From the NCBI GenBank assembly GCA_040954595.2, contig CM082578.2:2524831-2588830 (forward strand): a stretch of DNA of 64,000 nucleotides. The letters run 5' to 3'. The notes beneath the pieces were generated by a model. That model was not told where the DNA came from and ran no database searches. It saw nothing but the letters and a program-made list of their open reading frames with translations. Origin of the DNA: Balanoglossus misakiensis (Eukaryota > Animalia > Hemichordata). A program made the position numbers and the translations under genes. The first letter of the stretch is position 1; each line of letters opens with the position of its first letter. Positions 1-13,000 of this stretch are shown here, one piece after another.

Positions 1-2232
1 AGGGCCTGACCCTAAATTGCTATAACCCATCCGGTGTGACAAATGCAGAGATTTCTTTGGCTCTATCCGAAAATGGTACCTGCCAGTAACCTTTCTGAAG
101 ATCTATTTTGGTTACATTGGTAGACTTTCCAATTTATCTCCCTTTGGTATAAGTATAATAGGGGAACTCCAACTGCTTTCACTTGGTTCGATTAATTTGT
201 GTTACAACATATATTCAAACTCTTTTCTTACTTCTGCTAATTTAATGGGATTTGCTCTATAAGGGTGTTGTTTAATTGGCATTGCGTGGCCAACGTCAAT
301 ACCATGTGTAGTAAGTGAAGTGCAACCAGGTTCATCAGAAAAGGTAGATGGGTGCTGGTTAATTAGACCAATGACGTCATTTATTTTACTCTCTGGTAAA
401 TGTGAAAGTTTGGATGGTAAATCAGCTAAAACTTCTGAATTTGACAACTTCATCTTTTTGGATTCTACTTGTGGTAGTTGAGATTCAATCTCGTCGATTT
501 CATCTGCTACAACTGTGGCGCACTGTGACTGACAAATAGACTCACCATCTGTACAGTAATAACGTTTGAGCATAATAACGTGACATAATGTACGGGTGTT
601 GCGTCGATCAGGAGTGATTACGACGTAGTTGACGTCAATAAATTTCTTCTCCACTTGATATGGATCACTGAACTTAACGGACAAAGGATCGCCTCTTATT
701 TTTAGCAAAACTAACACATTATCACCTGGTTCAAAATGCCGTTCTTTACTGGATTTATCATAATGGGATTTCATGGCCAAATTTTCAGTTTCGTCCATGA
801 CTTTAGGTTCAGATGTTACCAGAGGAGAAGGATACACCTTAATTCCGGCCAAATCATTTCCAAGGAGAAAATCAACACCGTCAATGGGCAAATTTGAAAC
901 AATGCCTACAGTCACAGGTCCAGAAACTAGCTCTGACTTGAAATGGACATTACACAAGGGCATGGATATAAAATGACCATCAGTAGCCCTGATCAAAATA
1001 CTTGAATTAACAGGAAGGTCAGACATTCTAGGCAAGATATTGGACAACATCAAAGATTGGGCAGCTCCAGTGTCCCTAAGGATAAGCACTGGTTTATTTT
1101 CATCCCCTGTAGTGGATCTAACTTCTCCCTTAAATATGAAATTTTTATAACTTTCAGGTACAGATTTATCATGGTGAACAACAGGTAGTTTAGCAGTAAA
1201 AGATGGGGAGGGTTGCGCCCGTTTATACTGACTATTATCCAAAACTGTACGCTTAGCAGCTGTATTAATGAATGCAATGGGTTTGGAGGAAGCTGCTTGT
1301 TTTTGGTCTCTTTGCAATAGAAAACAATTTGATTTGACATGTCCCAGCTTTCCACAATGGTAACAAATAGGTCCTTACCAAATGAATTTTGACCCCGTTT
1401 AGTTCGGTATCCATTGTTGGTAGATTTCCTTGATTTTACAGAATGACTATCGTTACTAGATGTCTCTCGAGTTTCTGCTTTTGATTACTCTCTTTAGTCC
1501 ATCTATGATTATACGGAGTGTTAAATTTTCTGTGTGTTAATTCATAATCATCTGCAATCTCTGCTGCTTGTTCCAAATCAAAAACGTTATGTTCATTCAA
1601 ATGGGTGTTAATATCAAGGGGAACACTATTTTTAAATTCTTCCATTAGAATAAGCTTTCTCAAGTTATCAAATGATTCTCCTTCTGAAGAGATCGATACC
1701 ACCTATCAAAAATGAGCTGTTTCTCTCTCGCAAAGTCAACATATGTCTGCCTGGATTGTCGTTTCAAATTGCAAAATTTCTGTCGATAGGCTTCTGGTAC
1801 CAACTCGTACGCTGATCAGATTGTTTTCTTGACCAATTGATAGTCTTGGGATTCTTTATCAGACAGAGACGAGAAAACTTCCTGAGCTTTACCAACGAGT
1901 TCACTTTGCAATAAGGTGGTCCAGTACTCAGCTGGCCATTTAAGTCGATTTGATATGAAATAAGTTTCCACCTCGCTCTCAGAAAATTTAGGCACTAATT
2001 TGATATACTTTCTGACGTCAAACTCATTTTGCATACGCACACTCTCCTGCAAATTAAATTCAAGCTCCAATTTTTTAATATCATATTGCTCTTTTTCTCT
2101 ATCCCTTTCTGCTTGCAAAATTCTTAATCTTTCCCTACACAGCTCTTGTTGTCTTTTTAATTCCAATTTAGCCAATTCTATATCCCGTGTTACGCCCGTT
2201 TGAAGCTCGGTCCCATCATCAGAATTTTCCAA
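1..2232 (-). pseudogene. Degenerate Gypsy LTR retrotransposon internal region (gag, protease, integrase C-terminal remnant, start of RT); Gmr1-like domain order
   Basis: Gag-like IKLVPKFSESEVETYF..LKWP and LRKLILMEEFKN; CCHC knuckle CYHCGKLGHVKSNC near 1325-1366; protease LRDTGA; MKSHYDK..RHFEPGDNVLVL integrase tail followed by RT start IKQHPYR; several stops and frameshifts. Confidence 0.85.
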
Positions 2233-2481
2233 GTCTAATTCAATAGCTATAGCTTTAATTATATCTATATCTATATCTATATCTATCTATGTACAAACAA
2301 CCAAAAGTATATATACAATATTATATTATACCAGTATATTGATGGTGTAAATCACGCTATTTGATTGGTCGAGACACGACACGTGACCGTGATATATTAG
2401 CCATATACCACAGTCATATATCATAGTCAAAGAAAATGCCTTTTTAAAATGCAAAGTTTCAATATACTGGCATAATAAAAT

Positions 2482-2624
2482 AGCAATAAAACACCCCAAG
2501 CCATGGTATACCACTCGATTTTGACCAGTTCAACTCCATATACGCACGAGCGATAGCGAGTGCGTATATGTCGTGAACTGGTCAAAATCTCGTGGTATAC
2601 CATGGCTGGGGGTGTTTTATTGCT
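2482..2624. repeat. Long imperfect palindrome (about 65-bp arms), probably one end of a non-autonomous element spanning about 2327-2626
   Basis: AGCAATAAAACACCCC..CCATGGTATACCAC..GACCAGTTC..CATATACGCAC is mirrored around the core CGAGCGATAGCGAG. Confidence 0.8.
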
Positions 2625-4056
2625 TAAGTATACGTCTCTGCGTTGACCATCGAGCTACAATATGCTAAAAATTGAATGTGAAATATTTATCCCAGGGATG
2701 GGGGAAGGAAAACTCAAATGAGTATTCGATCCGACCCCGGACAAGCCCCGATTTGTTACGACCCGCAGGCCGTCCGAGCCAAAAATATGCGGAGAATAGA
2801 GAGGCCAATTTACCTGACCGAGTGGCTTGTTTTACACCCAAACAGGCCAACAGGCCGCAGCAAAAGAAATGGTCAAAGACAGCACACGTACAACATACCG
2901 GTCTATTTACAGTGTTAATATATTACAGTGTTAATATAATATTCACAATATGTTCAATAATATTTACAATAAACTACAAACTAAACTCGAGCGTGACAAT
3001 ATGACAAAACAAAATTCCTAACCAGTTCAAAGTCTAATAAACAGTTCGGTGACTCGACGCACGTCGATACTGGCCTTTCACTCGACGCACAGCAATTCTG
3101 GCCTTTCTTTCCGTTTTACGCCAGAGTGTGCAAAAGACAGCCTCTTATTACCTCAAACCTGTGACTACTATACCTTACAGGGATTGGAAACGACGCATAT
3201 CGAACATTTATGTCTGTCTCGGATATTGTTATGCAAATGATATGTGGGTAAAGTTCTGCGCAAGCGCACTGCCACTTACAAAACTTCTCTGTGTTTTTAT
3301 ATGTAAGATCGATCGTACGATAAAGGCGCACGTCAAATTTTTTTTGGGTCTATCATAAATAATGGCGAATATCGAAGACTTTTAGACTGGAGTGATGCGG
3401 AAGTACACCTTGATAGCGTAATTGATTATTATAGCAACTGTGAAGAGGGAGTTTGCAAAAAACGGCGACGATTTCCTAGAGCCGCGTACAAGTACGTTGC
3501 GGGCCTACGTCTAGTACGTCCATTTCTGACGGCGACAGAAGCAAGAAAACAACTATTAATTTCGTGTCCCCTTTGTGGCCGGTAATATAGGTCCACCACG
3601 GGGTTCAGATGGCACGTTAAAGCAAAGCACAACCGACCAGAATTGAAAGGTTAGGGGAATTTCAGTGAATTTCCGTTTAGCTTGAATTTGGAGGTTGATC
3701 GGTCTTTCTTTAAGCCTACGTAAGTTTACATCGTATGTAGTTTGGTCGTTGAAAAGTCGCAATTCTGGAAAGGGTTGTGTTAGCTGCTTTCATCGTTTGC
3801 AGTAGACATTTGAATACACGTTTTTGATGCATGTTACTAGAAATTTAGTTTATTTATATTGTCGAACGTCGAATTAGTTTGCCGAGTGACATACCCGTGG
3901 TTGTATGAAAAGCGTAGTTGCATTTCATAACATCCCATCATGACAGAACTGTGGTTGAATTACAGTTGCATTTCATCATGCTGAAATCCCACGGACATGG
4001 AAGTTTCATTTCCAGCGCTACGCGTACTACTAGACTATCGTGCTTAAATTATTAGT

Positions 4057-4240
4057 GCGAAGGACAAGGTTTTCTCTATGCTGGTGGCCGAAGGACAGGT
4101 TTAGCTCAGTAATTAAAGCCGAAGGACATGTGTAGCTCCGTAATTTAGGCCGAAGGAAAGCGAAGGACGCTGATATCTCCATATTTTAGGGATAGGGGAA
4201 GCGAAGGACAGTCATATTTCCATATTTGAGGGCGAAGGAC
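4057..4240 (+). repeat. Degenerate short tandem array of (G/C)CGAAGGAC motifs
   Basis: About 7 CGAAGGA cores, mostly about 30 bp apart. Confidence 0.7.
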
Positions 4241-4449
4241 ACGATTCTCTCACGATTATCAGAGACTTGGCGTCAGCTAGTACACGTCTGACCAGAATTA
4301 CTGATATCAATGTCGAGATCTTAAGTAGAGTGTCATGTTTACACGAAACAAATCTAAACAAACATACCTCAATGCCATGGAAACGTTACGTAACAATACT
4401 TTTTAATTAAACAACAAATTCTACAAGCAAACATGCTTCATCAGATTTT

Positions 4450-5958
4450 TTTTTACATAGAATGGACTTTTCATACATAATCAGATCTCTGAATGTGAAG
4501 AAAACAGTTAGTTTTTAGGTTTTTTTGTAAAAATGACCTTTTCGACCTCAAAAATGTGGCCAAAAATGGCATTTTTGTATTGATTGGGGTCAAAAAGACT
4601 GCTTTATGTTTTATATAGAATGGACTTTTCATACATAATCAGATCTCTGAATGTGAAGAAAACAGTTAGTTTTTAGGTTTTTTTGTAAAAATGACCTTTT
4701 CGACCTCAAAAATGTGGCCAAAAATGGCATTATTGTATTGATTGGGGTCAAAAAGACTGCTTTATGTTTTATAGTCACCATTTTACACATAGAATTGACT
4801 TTCCATATATCATCAAATCAATCAATATGAAGAGAAGAGTGTGTTTTAAGTTTTGTCTAAAAATGACGTTTTTGGGCAAAAAATGGTCAAAAAGGCAATT
4901 TGTCTCGTTTGGGGTCAGTCAGACTGCTTTTTTCGTAATATCAACCAAATTTTACATAGAATAGGCATATCATAATATGTCATCAGATCTTCGAATGTGA
5001 CGAAAACAGTGTGTTTTTAGTGTTTTCTAAAAATGACCTTTTTGGGTTAAAAAGTGCCAAAATGGCAATTTTGTCTTGGGTGGGGTCAGTCAGACTGCTT
5101 TTTTCATAATATCAACCAAATTTTACATAGAATAGGCATATCATATGTCATCAGATCTTCGAATGTGACGAAAACAGTGTGTTTTTAGTGTTTTCTAAAA
5201 ATGACCTTTTTGGGGTTAAAAAGTGCAAAAATGGCAATTTTGTCTTGGGTGGGGTCAATAAGACTGACTTTTTTGGAATCAGCACCATTTTTTACATAGA
5301 ATGGACTTCACAAACCTTCCTTACCAATTTTTTTATTTAAAGGCACCTATCTCCTAGGGTAATAACTTGTCATCATAGTCACTAATTGGTAAAGGTACTG
5401 GGAAGTATGACGTAATGATGACGTAATTGATTATTATATCAATTTTTTGCAATAATTAGATACTTTACTCAATCAGCTTTCTGTTGATATCAAACACATC
5501 ACAGTTTTCATCAGTACAATTGCACAGAGACATGTTTTGCAAAACCTCACATTTATAGGTGAACAGAACACCATTTTCGTAAGGGTATTTTGACTTATGA
5601 CGTCACTATGATGTCATGATTTGTCATATCACTTTTATTTTGTAATTAATGGAAAGCTTGTTTATTAAGCTTTCTTTTGATACCAAATACATCCCTGTTG
5701 TTCGAGGTATACGTTCAGAGAGACAGTATTTTACAAGACTAATTTACCCCCCTACGTCAATTTATATGCACTTTTAGGCTTTCCTACATACGTTACCCAA
5801 TATAATTTAGAAGCCAATAACTCGAAAACGCCCCGGTGCCCATATGGCAAACACAGTGAATTTTACTCAGTATATGATAGGCTTTCAGAAAAACATTGTC
5901 TCGAAAATTCCCCCGGGGGGAGGGGGGGGGGGAGGTAAACCCCTACTGGCTAATACGT
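4450..5958. mobile_element. Terminal fragment of a DNA transposon with about five 160-170-bp subterminal tandem repeats, possibly Academ-like
   Basis: Units start TTTACATAGAAT at about 4452, 4612, 4785, 4951, 5122, 5291; GATAGGCTTTCAGAAAAA...CTGGC near the end resembles the right end of the 47533-51966 element. Confidence 0.45.
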
Positions 5959-6309
5959 AGACGTCAGGACACTTGCTGCACCAAATATGTTAAATGATAA
6001 CTTATTTGAGGATGTCATGTGTGACACCTAGGTGAAGTATCAGATGGAGAAGGCACTTAGGGGACAGTGTGATGGGCTGGGGTTATTCATTTTAGAAAAT
6101 GTTGTAAAGTGTTTTTTTTTTAAATCCCTGGCCACGCAATTGCCAAACTTTGTAGGAAACAAATGTGGAAGAGACAATCAGCTCTTAAACACAGAACATC
6201 TGTCAAAAAGTCCCTATGTGGTAGCCTCAAAGACATAACCAATGAGTAAAAATTCCCATAATTCGACTGTGACTGTGTACTTAAATAGTTAATACACATA
6301 GTACACCTG

Positions 6310-6898
6310 GGGCGCATTCGATTTGCACGATCATGATTGTGATTGGCGTGACGTCATTGTTGAAAGCGAGGCTGTAAACAAAACGGAATAGCGTAATCAT
6401 GTTTACATGTAATGGCTGCCATCAGCGTCGGTGCGTACTTTTACGATTAAAATGTTTGAAAATACTCATTTTTTGTTAGACAAAAACAAACTGACAAACA
6501 AAACAGTTATCATACTTACCGAGCGAACGCTCCCTTAACCCAGTACAGTAGAATACGATAGGCAGACCGCGGACTGGCGCCCTGACATTTTTTTTTGATC
6601 CATGGTAAAAACGAAGCATAATATAAATAAAATATAGCACTTATAATTCAACTTGCGTCTAACAACTTAAAATATCGCAATACAAGTCAAACTCTGCTCT
6701 TGGTAGTTTTAAAATTACAGCCGCTTCGGTACCGGCTGCTCCGTCGTCCGCCATTTTTGTGTGTTTAATCACAACAATCACGCTCGGAGGCGTGATTGTT
6801 GTGATTGTCAATCATGATTATGATTGGGCGTATTCGAACGCGCAATCACGATCACGATTGGCCAATCACAATCATGATCGTGCAAATCGAACGCGCCC
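6310..6898. mobile_element. MITE, PIF/Harbinger-like
   Basis: About 38-bp TIR GGGCGC(A/G)TTCGATTTGCACGATCATGATTGTGATTGGC; 3-bp TSD CTG at 6307-6309 and 6899-6901. Confidence 0.8.
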
Positions 6899-7570
6899 CT
6901 GTTATAGGTCTGAATTCTAGTTGGAGTAAAGAAGTACAAACACGCAAAGAATATTGTGGTTTCTCCATTTGCTACCTCAAGATGGCGCCCTTTTTAGCAG
7001 AAGTCATAATATTGACCTCGGGACATTTCTTCAAGTTGACATACACTTTTTGGCAGGTTAAAGCATGGTTAAAGGTTGTGTTTGAATTAAATTTGTTACT
7101 AATGATACCTTTATGTTAAAAATACATACCATTTTGCTTAAACATTTCAACCAAGGGACCATGAGAACTCAAGAACATTTTAAAGTACCATGTACATGTA
7201 CCTGACTTCTGATATTATTAAAGATTTATCCCAGTGAACCATTACAACTATGGATTCACCCAAAAGTGTACCCGAAAATATGCAAATGTAACACGTGACC
7301 TCATTATATATTCATAATGGCCACCAACACGGTAATATTTTTACTTTTTTCACACATTTTTCAATTTTTATACAATAATTACAAGGAAATGAATTTCTAC
7401 AGTAATACTATATTCCCAATAAGTCTATATATTTTAGTGTTCATTTTTCATTTTACACTTCCTGCATTCACATTTCTCCTGGAAATGAAGTAACAGTTTC
7501 ATAATAATTGTCAGCTATTGAATATTGAAATAATAAAACAATGTTAAAAATAGACAGTAAGAATGAGAAC

Positions 7571-8040
7571 CTGGCAGCATTTGTCCACATGGTTTCCAAT
7601 TAATGATTTCCCATGGGAGGCCTGGCTGTACACACGAATTTCACCCAGCGCCTTGTTGAGTCTCCTGAAAGTATAGCCTGCATCCCTGGGTAATCCCTCT
7701 TTCTTGCTACATCTTTCTCTCTGTATGCAGAAATGTTAAATTATCAAACTTTTTGACATTATATGTCAAAAGCTGTGGAGGAAAAGCTAGTCGTGACAGT
7801 ATTCTTAAAAGAGATAAGCAACACAGTAATCCAGGTAATAACCTTAAGTTTTGCCATTGCTCTGAGCCTCTCTTGATCACATGATGCTCTTGATAAATCA
7901 TTGAATGACGTGCCAGCATCATCATTGTCACTATCACTGTCATCATGAAGCAGTTCCTGCACAATCTGCTTTTCTAGCAACGCAGCCTCGGCCTCATCAG
8001 AGTCTGCCTCCCTCTCCAATCTCACGAGAGTGAAAAACTC
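7571..8040 (-). pseudogene. Two-exon fragment of a probable transposase (RAG1/Transib-related type)
   Basis: Acidic/coiled exon ends AAG|GTTA at 7843; exon 7720-7571 reads RERCSKKEGLPRDAGYTFRRLNKALGEIRVYSQASHGKSLIGNHVDKCCQ with AG/GT borders; family assignment from motif recall only. Confidence 0.45.
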
Positions 8041-9335
8041 CACAAAATGAATAATATTCATTTTGGCGAGATTTTTACTTTCATATCCCTAAAACGTGAT
8101 GGAAGATGTGTGTGGTCAAATGTTGATTCACTATATATCCGCATGTAGAATATCATAAACAGTGTCTTGTATCAAACATAATTTATGGAAAAAGGGCTGC
8201 GAGAGAGAGACTTTGTCCCTTTAAACAGTATACAAGGAAACTACAAGAATGAAAGATTCTTTTGAACCTGACAGGTGAACAAATAAAAATTAATCAAGTC
8301 CAATGTCCAATGTTTAGTAGAAAGTTCCATAAACTCGGCGAAGGAGGTGACGACACTGTCCAATTAATCGACCTTGGTGGATGTACTCAGCCATAATCTT
8401 CAGTTGACTTGTTGTCTGGGCTCAGTAGTCAGGAATGATCCTGGTTGATTGCCATCCCAGGGAGGATGGGAATCTCGGAAAAGAGGCATTCTTGTATATC
8501 GTCATCGTCCGTGAAAACAAGGGGAAAGGGTATACGTATACTTTTTCGGAAACACTTGCCGGTGGCTGCGAGAGTCTGTCGGGTATTCAAAGCTCGAAAA
8601 ATGCACTCCTTCTCTTATATTGGTGGGTGATTTTGGTCAAGTTGTCCCATATTTAAAATAGATTGTCTTCGTTTGTTGAACATCCTTTTCGAACAAGCAC
8701 GAGTGTCTACTCCGCTTTCCCCGGCCTGGGATTGGCACCGCCAGGGGTATGTGGGCATAGTTGAACAGTCTCATATTACGTGCAGTTGGAAGTGGCAGGG
8801 CCGGGTATAGGGATAATTGGTTATGGGTAACGGTCGCTCGTGATGGGTAGTCGAGTATGGTATCATAGGTAGTCGGGCATAAGGCTAAAAAATAATTGGT
8901 GTTACTTCTTGCAGTGGTGTAGCAATAAATATCAATTGCGTTCACCTGCTCATTTGAGTTTTCAATTACGTCGGTTCAATTATTAGACACGTTACTATGA
9001 GTGAAAGAAATCACACTCAGTTTGCACGAACACACATTTTAGGTATTCATTTATGTCTAACATAAATTACATTCGCATACATGGCTCAATGTCGCATGAG
9101 AAATAAAAAAAACATCGATATTTAATATTCACGACAGCGAACAAACTGTCGACGAACAATTGTTGTGCGTTTTATCGCTATCCGGTTCTTCGGTTGTTGG
9201 CGTTGAATTAATCACCACGTTAAACCCCGGTGCGGGGTATAAAAGACCCCCCAAATCAGTGGCGAATTTTAATGCCGTTTGACTGACAGACAACACCAAC
9301 GATCTTGGCTCTATGAAAATCGGCCCAAACAGGTC

Positions 9336-9977
9336 TGTCACGGTTGTCGCCGTTCATTCCAACATATTCACACCAAACAGGTTACGGTTAACAAAGACAT
9401 AGGCCTTACATTTAATAACTGAAATGGAACAAATACATGTCAGTTCCAACGTGTGTGGCCGGTCTGGCTACAGAGGTGAACTGCTAAATTACACACATGT
9501 ATGGGAGTTCACCTCCAACAGAATACACCAAAATTCATGCAAGTGAAAAATATAGACATACAATTGGAAAATTGACGCAAGTTAAAGACACCAATTACTT
9601 GTGCTGAAATGAGTCGGTAGAATGCACCAAAATACAAAGCTTCAAGCAACAGGTAAGGTACAAGGAAACTAACCTGAAATGGAACAAATACATGTCAGTT
9701 CCAACGTGTGTGGCCGGTCTGGCTACAGAGGTGAACTGACCAATTTTATGCACCATGTCCTTTTATATCAGCAATTACATCATAGTGCCAGATTAGCTTG
9801 TGTTCATTGGTCAAATGAAACTTCCAGGTGGTTTGCATATAATTAAGATCAACCAATTGAAGGTAAGTACTATTACGTCATATGAATAATTGAATAACTA
9901 ATTACTATAAGATACAGGTATAACATACATACAGATATACATGTATACAAATTCAATGGATCAACAAGGCCGTTACA
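9336..9977 (-). repeat. 3' LTR
   Basis: Direct repeat of 16754-17395; only one mismatch noticed (9741 C vs 17159 T); preceded on the minus strand by purine-rich GCAGGGGTGCG. Confidence 0.97.
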
Positions 9978-10036
9978 CGCACCCCTGCGAGGAGAAATGG
10001 CGTCCTCGTCATTTAAAGTAAGTTAAAGATATTTGA

Positions 10037-13000
10037 TTAATAGTGGCAATTAATAAATGGTATAGAAGATAAAGTCGTATGAGAAAACTGTTTTAGATTC
10101 CATTGTTCGGGACTATATCTATCTGGAGGTCGTCTCTGTCGTGTAGGATAGCGTGGTTCAGGTGGAGTACTACTACTGGAGTCAGGACTGATGTTGGTTG
10201 TAGCAGGAGTGATACCATCTGGATCGCTCGATGACCAACCATCCGTACTTTGCAAAATATGATTCGAGAAATCTGAGGTAAGTACTTGAGAAGGTCCATC
10301 CGGATTAACCATACTTGTGGGGTTGTCCATCAGGGAACTTTCTCTTCTGGATGGGATGAATTCTGCAGCAGTAGGATTAAGAGCATTGTGTTCTGTTGGC
10401 AAGTTGATAGTTGACACGAATTGCAATTTACCAATGCCGTCATCATCTTCGTCCACTGCATCCTGGGTAGCATCGTTGATAACACCCGGTACACTCTGCT
10501 TAACATCACGCTGCGTCATCTTGGTGTTAACATCGTCATCCAGTTCGTCCGGAATTATTGGTATTGGGAGTAGCAAATTTCTATGTAGTGTCCGCTTCCT
10601 TCCACCCTTAACTTGTTTTTGTACCACGTATACTGGAATGTCTTCTATGGGCTGTGAAATCACTGTATATGGATCCTTTTCCCATTGGTCTGCCAATTTG
10701 TAATTGTCTTTAGGTCCTGTATTCTTCACCAACACAGTATCACCAGGTTGTATTATGGCCACCTTCACTTTTCTATCATATGACTTCTTCTGCCGTTCAC
10801 CAGACTTAACAGACCGTTCCGTTGCTACTTTATAGGCGTAATCCAACCGTTCGGCAAGTTTCGTCACATAATCTGAAACTGTTCCACCATATTCTAGGTT
10901 GGTCTGGTCTGCATGTCCAGATACATCTATAGGCAGTCTTGGTTCACGACCAAACATCAAAAAGAAAGGTGAATATCCGGTGCTTTCATGCTTTGTAGAA
11001 TTATAGGCATGAACCATCGTATTGACATGTGAAGCCCATCTTGTCTTGTTGTCTTCATTCATAGTTCCAAGCATCTGTAATAACGTCTTATTAAATCGTT
11101 CGCACATTCCATTTCCCTGGGGGTGGTATGGAGTGGTCCTGGACTTCTTAATATTAGCTATTCGGCAAAGTTCCTGAATTGTAGACGACTCAAAGTTTCG
11201 CCCCTGGTCACTGTGTAATCGTCCTGGGAACCCATAATGCAAAATCAAATGTTCAAACAATGCTTTGGCAGTTGTTTTGGCAGACTGGTTCTTTGTAGGT
11301 ACTGCTATAGCGTATCGAGTGAAATGGTCCGTCATCACTAATATGTTGCTATATCCTTGATCTGGGGTTGGTATATGGAGAAAGTCAATGCACACCATTT
11401 CCATCGGTTGTGATGTGTGAATATTAACCAAGGGAGTTCTGGGTAAGGAAGTTGAACTTTTCCTGCGAATGCATGGTAAACAATGTTCCACTTTCTTTTG
11501 AACATCCATCGACATCCTAGGCCAGTAGAATCTTCGTCGTACCAGATCCAGGGTTTTATCTTGGCCAAAGTGTCCAAGTTTATCATGTAGTTCCTCCAGG
11601 ACATCTTTTCTATGGTGTACTGGTAAGACAAGTTGCAAATATTGTATATCATCGATGAAGCATTTCCTGTATAGGACTCCATTCTTCAGAACAAGGCGTT
11701 TCCAATCTTGTATAAGTAGTCTGATATCTCCTGTATGATCTCTCATAAGTGGTTTGTGGTCCTTTTCAAGCTGATCAGTCACATACCGTATTGTTGAATC
11801 TTTGGACTGCTCCGTCTTCCAGAACACATCATCCCCACCTTGAACTACTGCAGGTCTGTCCTCATCTGCTACCATTCCGAATGAAGTTACGTATGGACCT
11901 TCTGTTGCTCGACAAAGCGCCTGGACTACATCGGCTCCCAGATTGGTTTCCGTCTCTGGATTCTCTCTATTCCATGGAATCCTAGACAAAGCGTCAGCCT
12001 CTATATTCTTCTTACCACTCCGGTAAACAATAGAGAAGTCGTACAATGACAAGTCTGACAACCATCTGTGTCCCACCGCATCCAGTTTCGCAGAAGTTAA
12101 CACATACGTCAAAGGGTTGTTGTCTGTAAACACAGTGAATTTGCTTCCATACAGGTAGTCGTTGAACTTCTTGGTGACGGCCCATTTCAGTGCCAAAAAT
12201 TCTAATTTATGAGCTGGATAATTACTTTCAGACTTGGTGAGTCCTCTACTTGCATAGGCAATTACTCTGAGAATACCTTTCTGGCGTTGATACAGCACTG
12301 CTCCCAGACCTGTGGAACTTGCATCAGTATGTATTTCAAATGGAAGTGAGTAGTCAGCAAAGGCTAGTATTGGTGACGACATTAGGCTCTTCCTCAGAGT
12401 GTCGAAAGCTTGTTGTTCCTGTTGTCCCCACTGGAGTTTTTCAAATTTTCCCGCCTTATTCCTTGACTGACGTCCACACAGCAAGTCGTTAAGTGGCTTG
12501 GCAATATTACTGTAGCTTTGGATAAATCTCCTGTAATACCCTGCAAATCCAAGAAATCTTCTCAGTTCTGTTACAGTAGTGGGTATTGGCCATTCCTTCA
12601 GAGCTGCTACCTTGTCTGGGTCCGTTGTAATTCCGTCGGCTGATACCACGTGTCCAAGATATTTCACCTTCTTCTGGAATAAAACACATTTCGTTGCCTT
12701 CAACTTTAATCCATGTGATGCCAGCCGCTGGAATACCCGCTCCAATCTATTGAGGTGGTCTTCAAAAGTCTTCGAAAATACTATGATGTCATCTAAATAC
12801 ACACAACATTCTCTGAACGCCAATTCTCCAAAACACTTCTCCATGAGACGCTGGAAAGTTGCAGGTGCGTTGGTCAGACCCATAGACATACGGTTGAATT
12901 CAAATAAGCCGAAGTTTCCCACCGTGAAAGCTGTCTTCGCTTTGTCGTCTTCCGCCATCTGTACTTGGTAATATCCAGACCGTAGATCAAGCGATGAAAA

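Noticed and set aside
4057-5300. CRISPR-like repeat arrays (also 60520-60945)
   Set aside because: Eukaryotic context, degenerate units, no unique equal-length spacers and no cas genes.
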